Assembly (NCBI GenBank): GCA_965218435.1
Contig: CBDCKW010000002.1
Span: forward strand, 1 to 52,653
Source of the DNA: Truepera sp.
GTDB taxonomy: Bacteria > Deinococcota > Deinococci > Deinococcales > Trueperaceae
Length of the DNA: 52,653 nt
Reading direction: 5' to 3'
Part shown: piece by piece, positions 20,633 to 30,093 of the stretch
Layout: every line of letters starts with the position of its first letter
How positions within the stretch are numbered: the first letter of the stretch is position 1
Made by a program: the position numbers and the translations under genes
The notes under the pieces: generated by a model
What the model was told of the DNA's origin: nothing
Seen by the model: only the letters and a program-made list of their open reading frames with translations
Database searches by the model: none

Positions 20633-21934
20633 TTACTGTGCCTGCTGAACGGCCTGCTGAATCTCTTCTGCCCAGCTCGAGACCATCTCTGCGGGGGTGG
20701 TGGTGCCGAGCATGACGCTTTCCATCAGGGTATCTCTGGCGGTATTGACGGCTCCAGCGGCTCCGGCGGGGAGGCGCGGCTCGAGCGGCAGGGTATCCGC
20801 TTCTGGGTAGAGCGTAAACGCCTCGTAGTCGAGGCCTTCTTTGGGTACGCTCGTCCATACCGGGTCATCGGCTAAAGACTTGAGCACGGGGACAGCGTTA
20901 CCCGTGCTGCTGAAGATGCGCTGGCCTTCTTCGCTCACGATAAAGTTGAGGAGCGCCCAGGCTTCGTTGGGGTGCTCGGTACCCGCATAGATGCCGTAGC
21001 CACTCGTACCGGTACCGACGCGGTGCTCGTTGGGGAACGCCGGAAAAGTAGCGACGTTCCAGTCGAACTTGCCCTCTGCGTTTTCGTTAACGACTTGTAC
21101 CAAGGGGCGTACGTGAAACCACATCGCGGTCTGCCCGTTGATGAAGGTTTCCGGGTCACTTTCGGCAAAGTTGGTCGCTACACCCTCTTGTACAAGCTTG
21201 TAGAGCGCTTCGACGCCCGCCGCCGCCTCGGGCGAATCGACGACGATTTCACCGTCTTCAGTCACCACCTCACCGCCGAAACCACGAATAGCCGGAACGA
21301 CGATAGCCCACCAGTTGAAGTTGCTGCCGTCGACGCCGTACTGCGTGGTTGCACCCTTCGCATCTTTTTTAGTAAGAGCCTTGGCTGCGTCTACGAATTC
21401 TTGCCACGTCCAGCCGTCCTTGGGGAGCGGAACCCCGGCCTCTTTGAACATATCGGCGTTATAAAAAGTTACCAGATGATTGTAGTCGCGCGGCAGCATG
21501 TACTGGGTACCATTCACTTTGCCGAGGTCGAGCATCGACTGATAGAAGTTACTCGTATCGAGACCCGACGCGGCGATGTAAGGGTCTAGGTCGAGCATCA
21601 GGTTCTTATCGCCCAGTACCTGCACGCCCTGGTCGGAAGCCCAGAAGAGGTCGGGCAGAGTACGTGAGGCCGCCTGCAAGATGAGGCGCTGTTCGTATTC
21701 ACCGCTGATAGGTTCGAGCACCACCTTGATATTCGGGTACTTTTCATTGAAAGCGTCGATAAACTTTTGGACGTTCCCCTCCTCGCCGGGGTCTTGCAGC
21801 ATGGAAAAGCGCAAGGTTACGTTCTCATCCGTCGGGGTAATGTCCCCCAAAGCGTCTTGGGCCAGAACAAGCGGTTGAAGATAAATAAAACCCAAAACGA
21901 CTAACATACACTGGGACAGAATCTTTTGCATCAT
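20633..21934 (-). CDS. Sugar ABC transporter substrate-binding protein
   Basis: Signal peptide ending VLA-Q; FNEKYPNIKV, LPDLF, YNADMF and WTWQEF motifs; ATG 21934 follows a purine-rich RBS. Confidence 0.9.
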   Translation of the reverse strand: MMQKILSQCMLVVLGFIYLQPLVLAQDALGDITPTDENVTLRFSMLQDPGEEGNVQKFIDAFNEKYPNIKVVLEPISGEYEQRLILQAASRTLPDLFWASDQGVQVLGDKNLMLDLDPYIAASGLDTSNFYQSMLDLGKVNGTQYMLPRDYNHLVTFYNADMFKEAGVPLPKDGWTWQEFVDAAKALTKKDAKGATTQYGVDGSNFNWWAIVVPAIRGFGGEVVTEDGEIVVDSPEAAAGVEALYKLVQEGVATNFAESDPETFINGQTAMWFHVRPLVQVVNENAEGKFDWNVATFPAFPNEHRVGTGTSGYGIYAGTEHPNEAWALLNFIVSEEGQRIFSSTGNAVPVLKSLADDPVWTSVPKEGLDYEAFTLYPEADTLPLEPRLPAGAAGAVNTARDTLMESVMLGTTTPAEMVSSWAEEIQQAVQQAQ

Positions 21935-22520
21935 ACTTTTCCCTTTCGTCAAGCGACGCCCAGCCAGGCTAGAAACTTTCGCAAGGCAGACAGCTTATTA
22001 CATATCCAGGTTTACGTGTGTTTGGGTTTATAGATTATACATACACCAAACAGCGACTAGGTATTGCGTTCTATCTCGGCATATTTCAACTCCTCAAACA
22101 CTCTACAGATGTAAAGCGGTTCGGCTTTATGCAAGATCGAGACAAAAAGCCACAACTTGTGACCAAAATGTAACAACAAATAACAAAATTGTTCTCGATA
22201 AAGTTAGCATATTGAGGACGGCACGTCAAGCATATGAAAGGTCGATCAAACACTTGAGTAAGGTCGCTCGAGAAAACTGATTGCCAAGACAATGGAGGTA
22301 AGAAAGAGATGTAAGCAGATTTAACTCACGTACTGTTTTCTGATCGCGTGACTGGTCGCTTTATTCGGCCTTGCAAACGGTAAGGTATTCGCTTTGGGTA
22401 GACTGGCTCCGAAACCCGGTTACGATGGGTATATCTTCAAGTCCTACTCTCGGCTTCTGTACCGCTGGTACTCGAGGTCGACAAGTTTCGTTAATACCTA
22501 ACCTTTAAGGAGGTAACACA

Positions 22521-23804
22521 GTGAGGTACGTTAAAAGAGGGATGGACGCAGACGCGCTTGAGCAACTTAGCGACGAGGTGCAAGAAAAGGTCAAAGCGCT
22601 CCTCAAGGACGTTAAAGAACGCGGTGACGCAGCGGTATATGACCTATCGGAAAAGTTCGACGCTTATACGCCGCATAGCTTCCGCTTGTCGCAACAAGAA
22701 ATTGACGCGGCGATAACACAAGTTTCAGAAAACGAGCTAGCAGCGATCAAATTCTCTCTGGAGCAGGTACGCACCTTTGCTAAGGCGCAACGAGCATCAA
22801 TTCGAGACCTCGAGGTCGAAACCTACCCCGGCGTCACCTTGGGTCACAAAAATATCCCTGTGAACGCGGTGGGCTGCTACGTTCCTGGTGGTCGTTACCC
22901 GATGGTGGCGTCGGCTATCATGAGCGTTGCAACCGCCAAAGCCGCTGGTGTAGCGCGCGTCGTCGCGTGTACCCCGCCAAAAGCCGGCAAGCTTTACCCC
23001 GCTACCGTGGCCACGATGGCGCTTGCCGGAGCCGACGAAATCTATGTCCTAGGCGGGGTGCAGGCACTCGCAGCAATGGCGCTAGGTACCGAGACCATCG
23101 ATCCCGTTGACTTTCTAGTCGGCCCTGGCAACGCTTTCGTCGCCGAGGCGAAGCGGCAACTTTTCGGGCGTGTAGGAATAGATCTTCTAGCTGGGCCGAC
23201 CGAGATTCTAGTAATCGCCGACGAAAGTGCCGACGCGGAGATGGTCGCTACCGACCTTTTAGGTCAAGCCGAGCATGGCCCGAACTCGCCCGCCGTTCTT
23301 TTAACGAGCAGCAAAGCCCTGGCGAACGCCATCCAAACGGAGATCGAGCGTCAGCTCAAAACGCTCCCAACAGCCGACGTTGCCGGACAAGCCTGGCAAG
23401 ACTACGGCCAAATTATCTTGGTCGACACCGATGAAGAACTCGTGCAAGAAGCCAACCGCCTCGCCAGCGAGCATGTCGAGGTATTAACTAGAGACCCTAA
23501 CTACTTCTTAACGCATCTGACCAACTACGGTTCTCTCTTCTTGGGTACCGAAACGAACGTCGCTTACGGTGATAAAGCCAGCGGTACCAACCACATTTTG
23601 CCAACGAACAAAGCTGCCCGTTATACGGGCGGGCTATGGGTCGGCAAGTTCTTGAAAACGGTCACTTACCAACGGTGTACCCCAGAAGCGAGCGTGCTTA
23701 TTGGTCAGAACTGCGAGAAGATTTGCGACATCGAAGGGTTTATGGGTCATAAGCGGCAGGCGACATTACGGGTAGAGCGGTACGGCGGGCAGCGTGAGAT
23801 TTAG
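22521..23804 (+). CDS. hisD: Histidinol dehydrogenase family protein, HpsN (sulfopropanediol 3-dehydrogenase)-like paralog
   Basis: GCYVPGG, GPGN, AGPTE, QAEH, ASEH, GDK and [12 protein letters not shown] motifs; not in a his operon; AAGGAGG RBS. Confidence 0.85.
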   Translation: MRYVKRGMDADALEQLSDEVQEKVKALLKDVKERGDAAVYDLSEKFDAYTPHSFRLSQQEIDAAITQVSENELAAIKFSLEQVRTFAKAQRASIRDLEVETYPGVTLGHKNIPVNAVGCYVPGGRYPMVASAIMSVATAKAAGVARVVACTPPKAGKLYPATVATMALAGADEIYVLGGVQALAAMALGTETIDPVDFLVGPGNAFVAEAKRQLFGRVGIDLLAGPTEILVIADESADAEMVATDLLGQAEHGPNSPAVLLTSSKALANAIQTEIERQLKTLPTADVAGQAWQDYGQIILVDTDEELVQEANRLASEHVEVLTRDPNYFLTHLTNYGSLFLGTETNVAYGDKASGTNHILPTNKAARYTGGLWVGKFLKTVTYQRCTPEASVLIGQNCEKICDIEGFMGHKRQATLRVERYGGQREI

Positions 23805-23900
23805 GGAGAGAAGAAGCGTAAGCGAGAAAGAGAGCAAAGGGATAAGTGCTCCCAAGTTGACTGTCTCACCCTTTGCCCTCCCAACTCTTTTGCCTACCTT

Positions 23901-24650
23901 ATGACTGCGCCCCTCGAGCACAAAGTTGCCCTCGTTACCGGGGCAACTGGCGGTATTGGCTCCGTACTATGCCGTTACCTTGCGACAGCGGGAGCGCAGG
24001 TCATAGTGACCTACCGTAGCAGCGAGGCCGAAGCGCAGCAGTTGACAGGAAGCTTGAACGGCGAAGGCCATTTGAGCGCGTACGCCGTTGTAGACGACAG
24101 TGCTACCTTGAGCGCCCTCTCCGAGCAGGTCAAAGCGCGTTATGGCAAGCTCGATATCTTGGTCAACAACGCTGGTATTACTCAGCCCGTACCGCATGAC
24201 GACCTAGAAAGTCTGAACGATGAGCTTATCGACACTATTTTTCGTGTGAATGTGCGGGGCGCGCTGGCAACGGTGCGGGCGTTCAAAGATTTGCTGTATC
24301 GATCTAACGACGGACTCATCGTCAACATTTCATCGATCGCCGGACGCACTGGGGTAGGTAGCAACGTGGCCTACTGCGCTTCTAAAGCCGCGCTCGACTC
24401 AGTGACGCGCTCGCTGGCGAGAGTACTCGCCCCCGACATCCGGGTAGTTTCGGTCGCGCCGGGATGGGTGCTGGGCGAGTACGCTAACCGGATGCCGTCT
24501 GAGATGATCGAAGAGCAAATCCGAAAGTCACCACTCGGGCGCGTCGCTAAAGCCGACGACGTAGCGCGAGCGGTTTTAGCGGTGGCGAGCAGCTTGACCT
24601 TCTCTACAGGCTGCGTGATACCAGTTGACGGAGGACGGCCGCTGCTATAA
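23901..24650 (+). CDS. SDR family oxidoreductase
   Basis: TGATGGIG, NNAG and YCASK motifs. Confidence 0.92.
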   Translation: MTAPLEHKVALVTGATGGIGSVLCRYLATAGAQVIVTYRSSEAEAQQLTGSLNGEGHLSAYAVVDDSATLSALSEQVKARYGKLDILVNNAGITQPVPHDDLESLNDELIDTIFRVNVRGALATVRAFKDLLYRSNDGLIVNISSIAGRTGVGSNVAYCASKAALDSVTRSLARVLAPDIRVVSVAPGWVLGEYANRMPSEMIEEQIRKSPLGRVAKADDVARAVLAVASSLTFSTGCVIPVDGGRPLL

Positions 24651-24707
24651 ACGCCGCGAAAGGCGAGACGTCTTCAAAAGACAAACCTTTGTTCGTTTTA
24701 CCTTGTT

Positions 24708-26118
24708 TAGTATTACAGCTGCAGTTAAGCCGGAGTAAGTTGAGCTATGCCTCTTTCCAGCGCCACACCTTGTATCAAAGCTTGGTCAGCTGAACTCGAT
24801 AACCTCCATAGTCGCATCGCAGGGCACTTCGGACGTTCCGAGCAGCGGCAGCGCGTCAAAGCGTATTTGCAAGCCCTGCTGAGCCCGGTCGAGCGCAAAA
24901 ATAGTTGGCAGCTGGCTGAGTGCTCAGGTGAAGCGACACCTGATGGGATGCAGCGGCTACTTTCGACGGCTGTGTGGGACGCTGATGTGGTCAGAGACGA
25001 ACTACGCAGGTATGTCCGCGATCGCTTGGGCAGCGAGCAAGCGGTGCTGGTGGTCGATGAAACCGGCTTTTTGAAACAAGGTGACAAGTCCGCAGGAGTC
25101 AAACGTCAATATAGCGGCACTGCTGGTCGTGTCGAGAACTGCCAAGTAGGGGTTTTCCTAGCCTACACAACACCTCAGGGAACAGCGTTCATCGACCGAG
25201 AACTGTTCTTGCCCAAGGAGTGGGTCGGTGATTTGCCGCGCCGCCGTAAAGCGCACATCCCCGACGGAGTAACCGGGGCAACCAAACCTGAGTTGGCCAA
25301 GACGATGCTGCAACGTGCTTTCGATGGTGGTGTAAAAGCCGCTTGGGTCACTGGAGACGCAGCCTATTCCGGTTACGGCGTGCGCTCATGGCTCGAAGAG
25401 AAAAAACAGCCGCATGTATTTGCGGTCGCCTCGAACTTCCATGTCTGGACTTGGGATCAGCAAGGGCCACGGCAACAGCAGGTCAAAGGCATCGTAGGTG
25501 AGTTTGACGAAGCTTGCTGGCAGCGGCTCAGTGCCGGAACGGGCAGTAAGGGAGAACGACTGTTCGAGTGGGCGTGGATCAGTATCTCGGCGTTGACGGC
25601 AAGGGGCTCAGCAATAGGTTTAGGCCCCGTGATCGAAGAAGGGTTCGAGCGCTGGATACTAGCGAGGCGGAGTTTGGACGACCCGACTGACCTCGCTTAC
25701 TTCACAGTCTTTGCGCCTCAAACAACATCTCTAGAAAGCGTGGTGCAAGTAGCAGGGGCTCGCTGGACTATCGAGGTTGGTTTCAAAACTGCCAAGGGCG
25801 AAGTTGGTCTCGACCAGTACGAAGTGCGTTCGTGGACGGGCTGGTATCGACATATCACCCTTGCTCTACTAGCCCATGCGTTTCTGGTGACGATACAGGC
25901 TCACGAGAAAAAAGGGGCTTGCCAGTCACTCCTTACCTAATCACGCTAACGGTGCCCGAAGTTCGACGTTTGTTTGGTCTAACACTACATCGGGTAGTAA
26001 GGCGAGCGTTTGTATTGGCTTGGTCGGTGTGGCGACGGCAGCATCAGTTTAGGGCACGACTATGCCATTACCGTCGGCGAGAGCAGCGCCGTGCCACCTA
26101 ACTGCAGCTGTAATACTA
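24708..26118 (+). mobile_element. IS701-family insertion sequence
   Basis: Perfect 20-bp terminal inverted repeat TAGTATTACAGCTGCAGTTA at 24708-24727 and 26099-26118 enclosing the transposase. Confidence 0.9.
24747..25940 (+). CDS. IS701-family transposase, with probable frameshift extension to 26101
   Basis: [33 protein letters not shown] and GLDQYEVR motifs; A6G4 slippery run at 25908-25917. Confidence 0.92.
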   Translation: MPLSSATPCIKAWSAELDNLHSRIAGHFGRSEQRQRVKAYLQALLSPVERKNSWQLAECSGEATPDGMQRLLSTAVWDADVVRDELRRYVRDRLGSEQAVLVVDETGFLKQGDKSAGVKRQYSGTAGRVENCQVGVFLAYTTPQGTAFIDRELFLPKEWVGDLPRRRKAHIPDGVTGATKPELAKTMLQRAFDGGVKAAWVTGDAAYSGYGVRSWLEEKKQPHVFAVASNFHVWTWDQQGPRQQQVKGIVGEFDEACWQRLSAGTGSKGERLFEWAWISISALTARGSAIGLGPVIEEGFERWILARRSLDDPTDLAYFTVFAPQTTSLESVVQVAGARWTIEVGFKTAKGEVGLDQYEVRSWTGWYRHITLALLAHAFLVTIQAHEKKGACQSLLT

Positions 26119-26158
26119 GAGCTTGTTATGAACCTTGAAGGTTCATAACAAGCTCTAG
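26116..26158. repeat. Perfect 43-bp palindrome (21-bp arms, 1-nt centre) bounded by CTAG
   Basis: CTAGAGCTTGTTATGAACCTT-G-AAGGTTCATAACAAGCTCTAG read directly from the sequence. Confidence 0.95.
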
Positions 26159-26203
26159 GTCGGTCGCCAACAGAATAACTTCAACAGGATGGTCTTTAAG
26201 CAT
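26155..26203 (-). pseudogene. 5' stub of a probable VOC/glyoxalase family gene, cut at the palindrome
   Basis: AAGGAGGT RBS then ATG 26203, encoding MLKDHPVEVILLATDL; frame runs into the palindrome and stops. Confidence 0.5.
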
Positions 26204-26744
26204 GGTCTTACCTCCTTGTACTTCGCCAGCATTTATGATGGGCTGAAGCTATCCGTAACGTAGGTGGTATCATAGGCTATAAACCGTAGTAATGGGTGCA
26301 ATTAAAGTTATGCTCCATTTTGGTCGAGCATCTGGCGGCCACCGTTTTCTGTTTATGCAAAAGGGGAAAAGCGCCCCATAGTGGAACACTGAGGTGAGAT
26401 AGGAGCTTTTCTGTGACCGTATCCAGAGAGGTCTCGGGCGTGTCGGGCTGCCCCGTGCAGATAACAGAATGCCGTTCAAGAGACGGGTTAAAGCAGACAG
26501 AAAGCGTTTAAGGGCGCTTCAGAAAGTAGTCTGGGTTTGAAAACAAGCCTTCTCAAGGTGACAAACGTCTAACTACGAACAAAGATGTTTTCTGAAGTGC
26601 TAAGCGACTTGCTCAGTGGGGAACCCAGTACCTTCTTGAAAAGTATAAAAGTAGTCGCTTGGCAATAAAGTGGACCATTTTGTTGCTTTTAGCCATATTT
26701 TCGGCTGTGCCTTGCCGCTAAAGTTAACATGGGAGACATAATTC

Positions 26745-26915
26745 ATGTGGGGAACGTTGCTTAAGGACGGTAACTCGTCTTTTCGCTATACGTCGCCTTG
26801 GTGGGTGAGCGAGGAGGTGCGCCAAGACGATACGGAGTTCGTAGCTGATGACCATCCCATTAAGGAAGAGGACATAGACGACGCCGTGCAAGAGGCAGCT
26901 ATAGGCCTGATCTGA
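26745..26915 (+). CDS. Small acidic hypothetical protein (56 aa)
   Basis: GGGAG RBS, ORF MWGTLLKDG...QEAAIGLI, followed by a terminator-like hairpin. Confidence 0.45.
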   Translation: MWGTLLKDGNSSFRYTSPWWVSEEVRQDDTEFVADDHPIKEEDIDDAVQEAAIGLI

Positions 26916-26949
26916 TGGCGTAAAGAGTTCACTTAAATAAACCCGTTGA

Positions 26950-26977
26950 TCCCAGCCTTAAGCTGGGGTTTTGCTTT
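26950..26977 (+). terminator. Probable intrinsic terminator
   Basis: CCCAGC-CTTAA-GCTGGG stem-loop followed by GTTTTGCTTT. Confidence 0.55.
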
Positions 26978-27155
26978 GTCCTTAAGGGGAGCCAATAAGA
27001 ACTAAAGTTGTCAGACGACGGAAACCTCACTAAGCCTTTGCCTTAACGGGTTGCTCCGTAGAACTGTCCTTTGACCTACCGTTGCCGATTTCGCGGTGTG
27101 CTTGCATTTACCGCTGATTCATACGCCTAAGCTGAATGACCAAAGGGTAAGGATC

Positions 27156-27374
27156 ATGGAACGGACAAACAAACCCGACAAAAACGTATTGTGGCCGCCG
27201 CATTGCCCCGAGTGCGGCAGCGTGTTCGAGGTCCGGCTGGTTGAAATCAAAGCTGAGGCTGTAGACAAGGGGGAACTGCTCTTGCTACTAGACTGCCCAC
27301 GCAACGACTTTTACGCCACGCTGACCCCTCACGACCTCGCAGTGGTGTTGGCGGCTGGGTGGCAGAGCCCTTAG
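27156..27374 (+). CDS. Small hypothetical protein with CPECG motif (72 aa)
   Basis: ATG 27156 follows AAGG; CxxC plus a later DCP; stop overlaps that of the convergent gene. Confidence 0.45.
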   Translation: MERTNKPDKNVLWPPHCPECGSVFEVRLVEIKAEAVDKGELLLLLDCPRNDFYATLTPHDLAVVLAAGWQSP

Positions 27375-28487
27375 CTGACGATGCCCCGCTCCCGAGCCCA
27401 GACGACCGCCTCGGTACGCGAGTGCACCTCAAGCTTGTCATAGATCGTCGCGACGTAGTTACGGACTGTTTGTGCGGCGAGACCCAGCTCAGCAGCGATG
27501 GCGGCGTTGTTCAAACCTCCGGCGAGCAGCTCCAGCACCGCCCGCTCGCGTTTAGACAGCTCGGTGGCCTCGAACGCCGTGGCGCTTCCTGTTCTAATGT
27601 GGGCCAGCCGCTCCATCACCCGCTGGCTGAACCAGTTCGTGTCGCTCAGCACCTCCTGGATCGCTTGGTGTGTCTGCTCCTGGGTGCGCCGCTGCTCGGT
27701 CACGTCGAAGAACATTCTAAGAAACCCTTTATGGCCACCGAGCCGGATGACCTCGGCGGACATCAGCACGGTGCGGTCGCCGCCGTCCTTGACCCTCAGC
27801 CCTAGCTCGAGATTGCGAAAGCCTAAGCCGCCCTGTTGCACCGCGCCGAGCTTCTTCCGGTCCTCGGGTGACGACCACATCCTCAGCTCGCGGCTAGTTC
27901 TGCCTACCGCCTTGCCTTTTGTATAGCCGGTCAGGGCGCAGAAAGCGTCGTTGACCTCGACGAAGGTCTCCTCGCCCAACGTCGTCATGCAAGCGGGGAT
28001 GGGGTTGGCGTGGAACGCCTGGGAAAAGCGGATGTTGCTCCGCGCCAGCTCGTCAGTACGGGCTTTGACCCGCGCTTCGAGGGTCTCGTTCAGTCCCTGA
28101 TTACGTCTTCTGCCCGCTTGCGCTTGGTCACGTCGCTGGCCACCGTTAGATTGCGCACCCCCGGCTCCTCGCCCAGCACCGTGACGTGCAGCTCGAGCCA
28201 CACGGTTGCGCCGTCCTTACGGCATATGCGGGTCAGCGACTCTCCGCTCCGGTTTTCGCCCGACCCAGCGCCGCAAAACGCTCGGCGTCTCGCGCTCGGT
28301 CGTCGGGGTGCGTCAGCTCGAGGTAGCTCATCTTTTTTAACTCGGTCTCGCTGTAGCCGACCAGCTCGCAAAACGTCCGGTTCGCCCGCACCAGCCGCCC
28401 GCTTGCCATATTGGTCTCGACCACTCCGACCCCGGTGAGCTGGAACAAAACGGTGTTGTCTTGCGCTGCTTGGGTTATTGCTACCAT
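27371..28487 (-). pseudogene. PAS-PAS-LuxR HTH transcriptional regulator, two frameshifts
   Basis: PAS (ANRTFCELVGYS..THPDD), PAC (RKDG..VWL...DVT), second PAS and LuxR HTH (LSKRE..VLELL..GL.N..IA..L....TVRNY) split over three frames; each break is a short G run (28259-28261, 28095-28097). Confidence 0.85.
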
Positions 28488-28723
28488 CTCCTAAAAATGA
28501 GTATGTGCTCGCGTTGATTCAGAACTTCTGTTTTCATAATAACAGGATGCAGTCAAGACTATTTTTAACAGGACAGGAATGCTATTCATATGTTGTGCTG
28601 CTTGGGCAACGGGGGCAAGCCGACATTCCCGACCCTAACCCAGCTTGACTTTGCAGCCTCCTTCGGTTGAAACGCTTGCTAGCGACGCAGTGAGTAGCAG
28701 CTTTATTAAACCAGACATTTAAT

Positions 28724-29790
28724 AGATCATCTGCGAAATAAGCTTTGAAGGAAGACAGGTAAAGTAAAGCCTATGCTAAGAGCTGAACGACTGCGAAAAC
28801 GACCCGGACACTTCCACAACTTCACCGGTTTAAGCGTAGCGCAGTTTGACACGCTGGTTATAGCAGTAGCGGCAGCCCAAAGCGAGCAGGGAGCCGACGC
28901 TTACACCCGGCCAATGAAACAGCGCCAACGGGCTCCAGGCGGGGGACGCTAGGCCAAGTTAGCCGTAGAGGATCAGGTGCTGGTTTTGCTGGTTTACTAC
29001 CGCCTATATATCACGCAACTGCTGCTGGGCTACCTGGTTGATTTGGATGATAGCAATGTCAGTCGGCTGATCAGGCGCTTGCAGCCTTGTTTGGCAGCGG
29101 TATTGCCTGTGCCGGTACGAGAAGCCCAGCTGTTTGGTAAAGTCGGAAAGACCGGCAAACGTATCGGCAGCTTGGAAGAACTTTTGAGGAAGCACCCTGA
29201 GATGCAAGACGTTCTCATCGACGCGACTGAACAAGAAGTTCAAAAGCCTAAAGATAAGCAAAAACGCCGAGACAACTATTCGGGCAAAAAGAAATGTCAT
29301 AGTCTGAAAACTCAAGCCACCACCAGCACCACAGGTCTTATCCTGCAGCTGTCGCGCTTTGTTCCCGGCAAAGTCAGTGACCTACATCTACTTAGGGCCT
29401 CGCGAGTTTTACATGATTTACCCGGCAATCTCTGTGTAGGACTAGACAAAGGCTATGACAGTATTGACCGAGAACATCCCCGGCGCGTTTTTCATCAACC
29501 CCGTAAAGCAAGACGCAACAAACCTTTAGACCTTATTCAAAAATACCTCAACCAAGTGATCAGCACTTTTCGTATCCCAGTTGAACATGCCTTTGCCCAT
29601 CTGCAACGGTTCAAGCTCTTAGAGGGTGTTTATAGAGGCGACCACGAGGTTTACGACGACACCTTCTTAACCATCGCCGGACTCCACAACTTTAGAAAGC
29701 TCAACCGCTTGGCTTGGTAAGAAACGGGACTGAGCAAAAGTCAAGCTTCAACAACGTGGGTTGCTTAGAAAGTTATTTCGCAGATGATTT
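28724..29790 (+). mobile_element. IS5-family (ISL2/DDE_Tnp_4-like) insertion sequence
   Basis: 16-bp perfect inverted repeat ATCATCTGCGAAATAA at 28726-28741 and 29773-29788; no clear target duplication. Confidence 0.85.
28773..29720 (+). pseudogene. ISL2-like transposase with in-frame nonsense codon
   Basis: ATG 28773 is in frame with the 28977 ORF; TAG at 28950-28952; IDATEQ, YSGKKK.H, DKGY and RI.VEH motifs. Confidence 0.85.
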
Positions 29791-30093
29791 AAAGAGGGTT
29801 GGCTTTACCTAGCCGCCGTAATGGACGCTTGTTCCAAACGCATCATCGGCTACGCCCTGGCAGCACACATGAAAACCGAATTGGTGCTTCAGGCGCTCGC
29901 GATGGCCAAACCAGGGCGGCACCCGGCTAAGGGTCTCATCCACTACAGTGATAAGGGGCAGTCAATATACCTCTTACGCCTATGCCCGAGCGCTAGCTAC
30001 AGCAGGCATGAGAGCCAGTTTTACCGGGACTGGCGCATGCCTCGACAACGCCTACACCGAAAGCTTCTCCGCTACCCTCAAAAAAGAGTTGGT

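Noticed and set aside
23830..23880. GCAAAGGG/CCCTTTGC intergenic hairpin as a terminator or REP
   Set aside because: Large loop, no adjacent U-tract, no second copy seen
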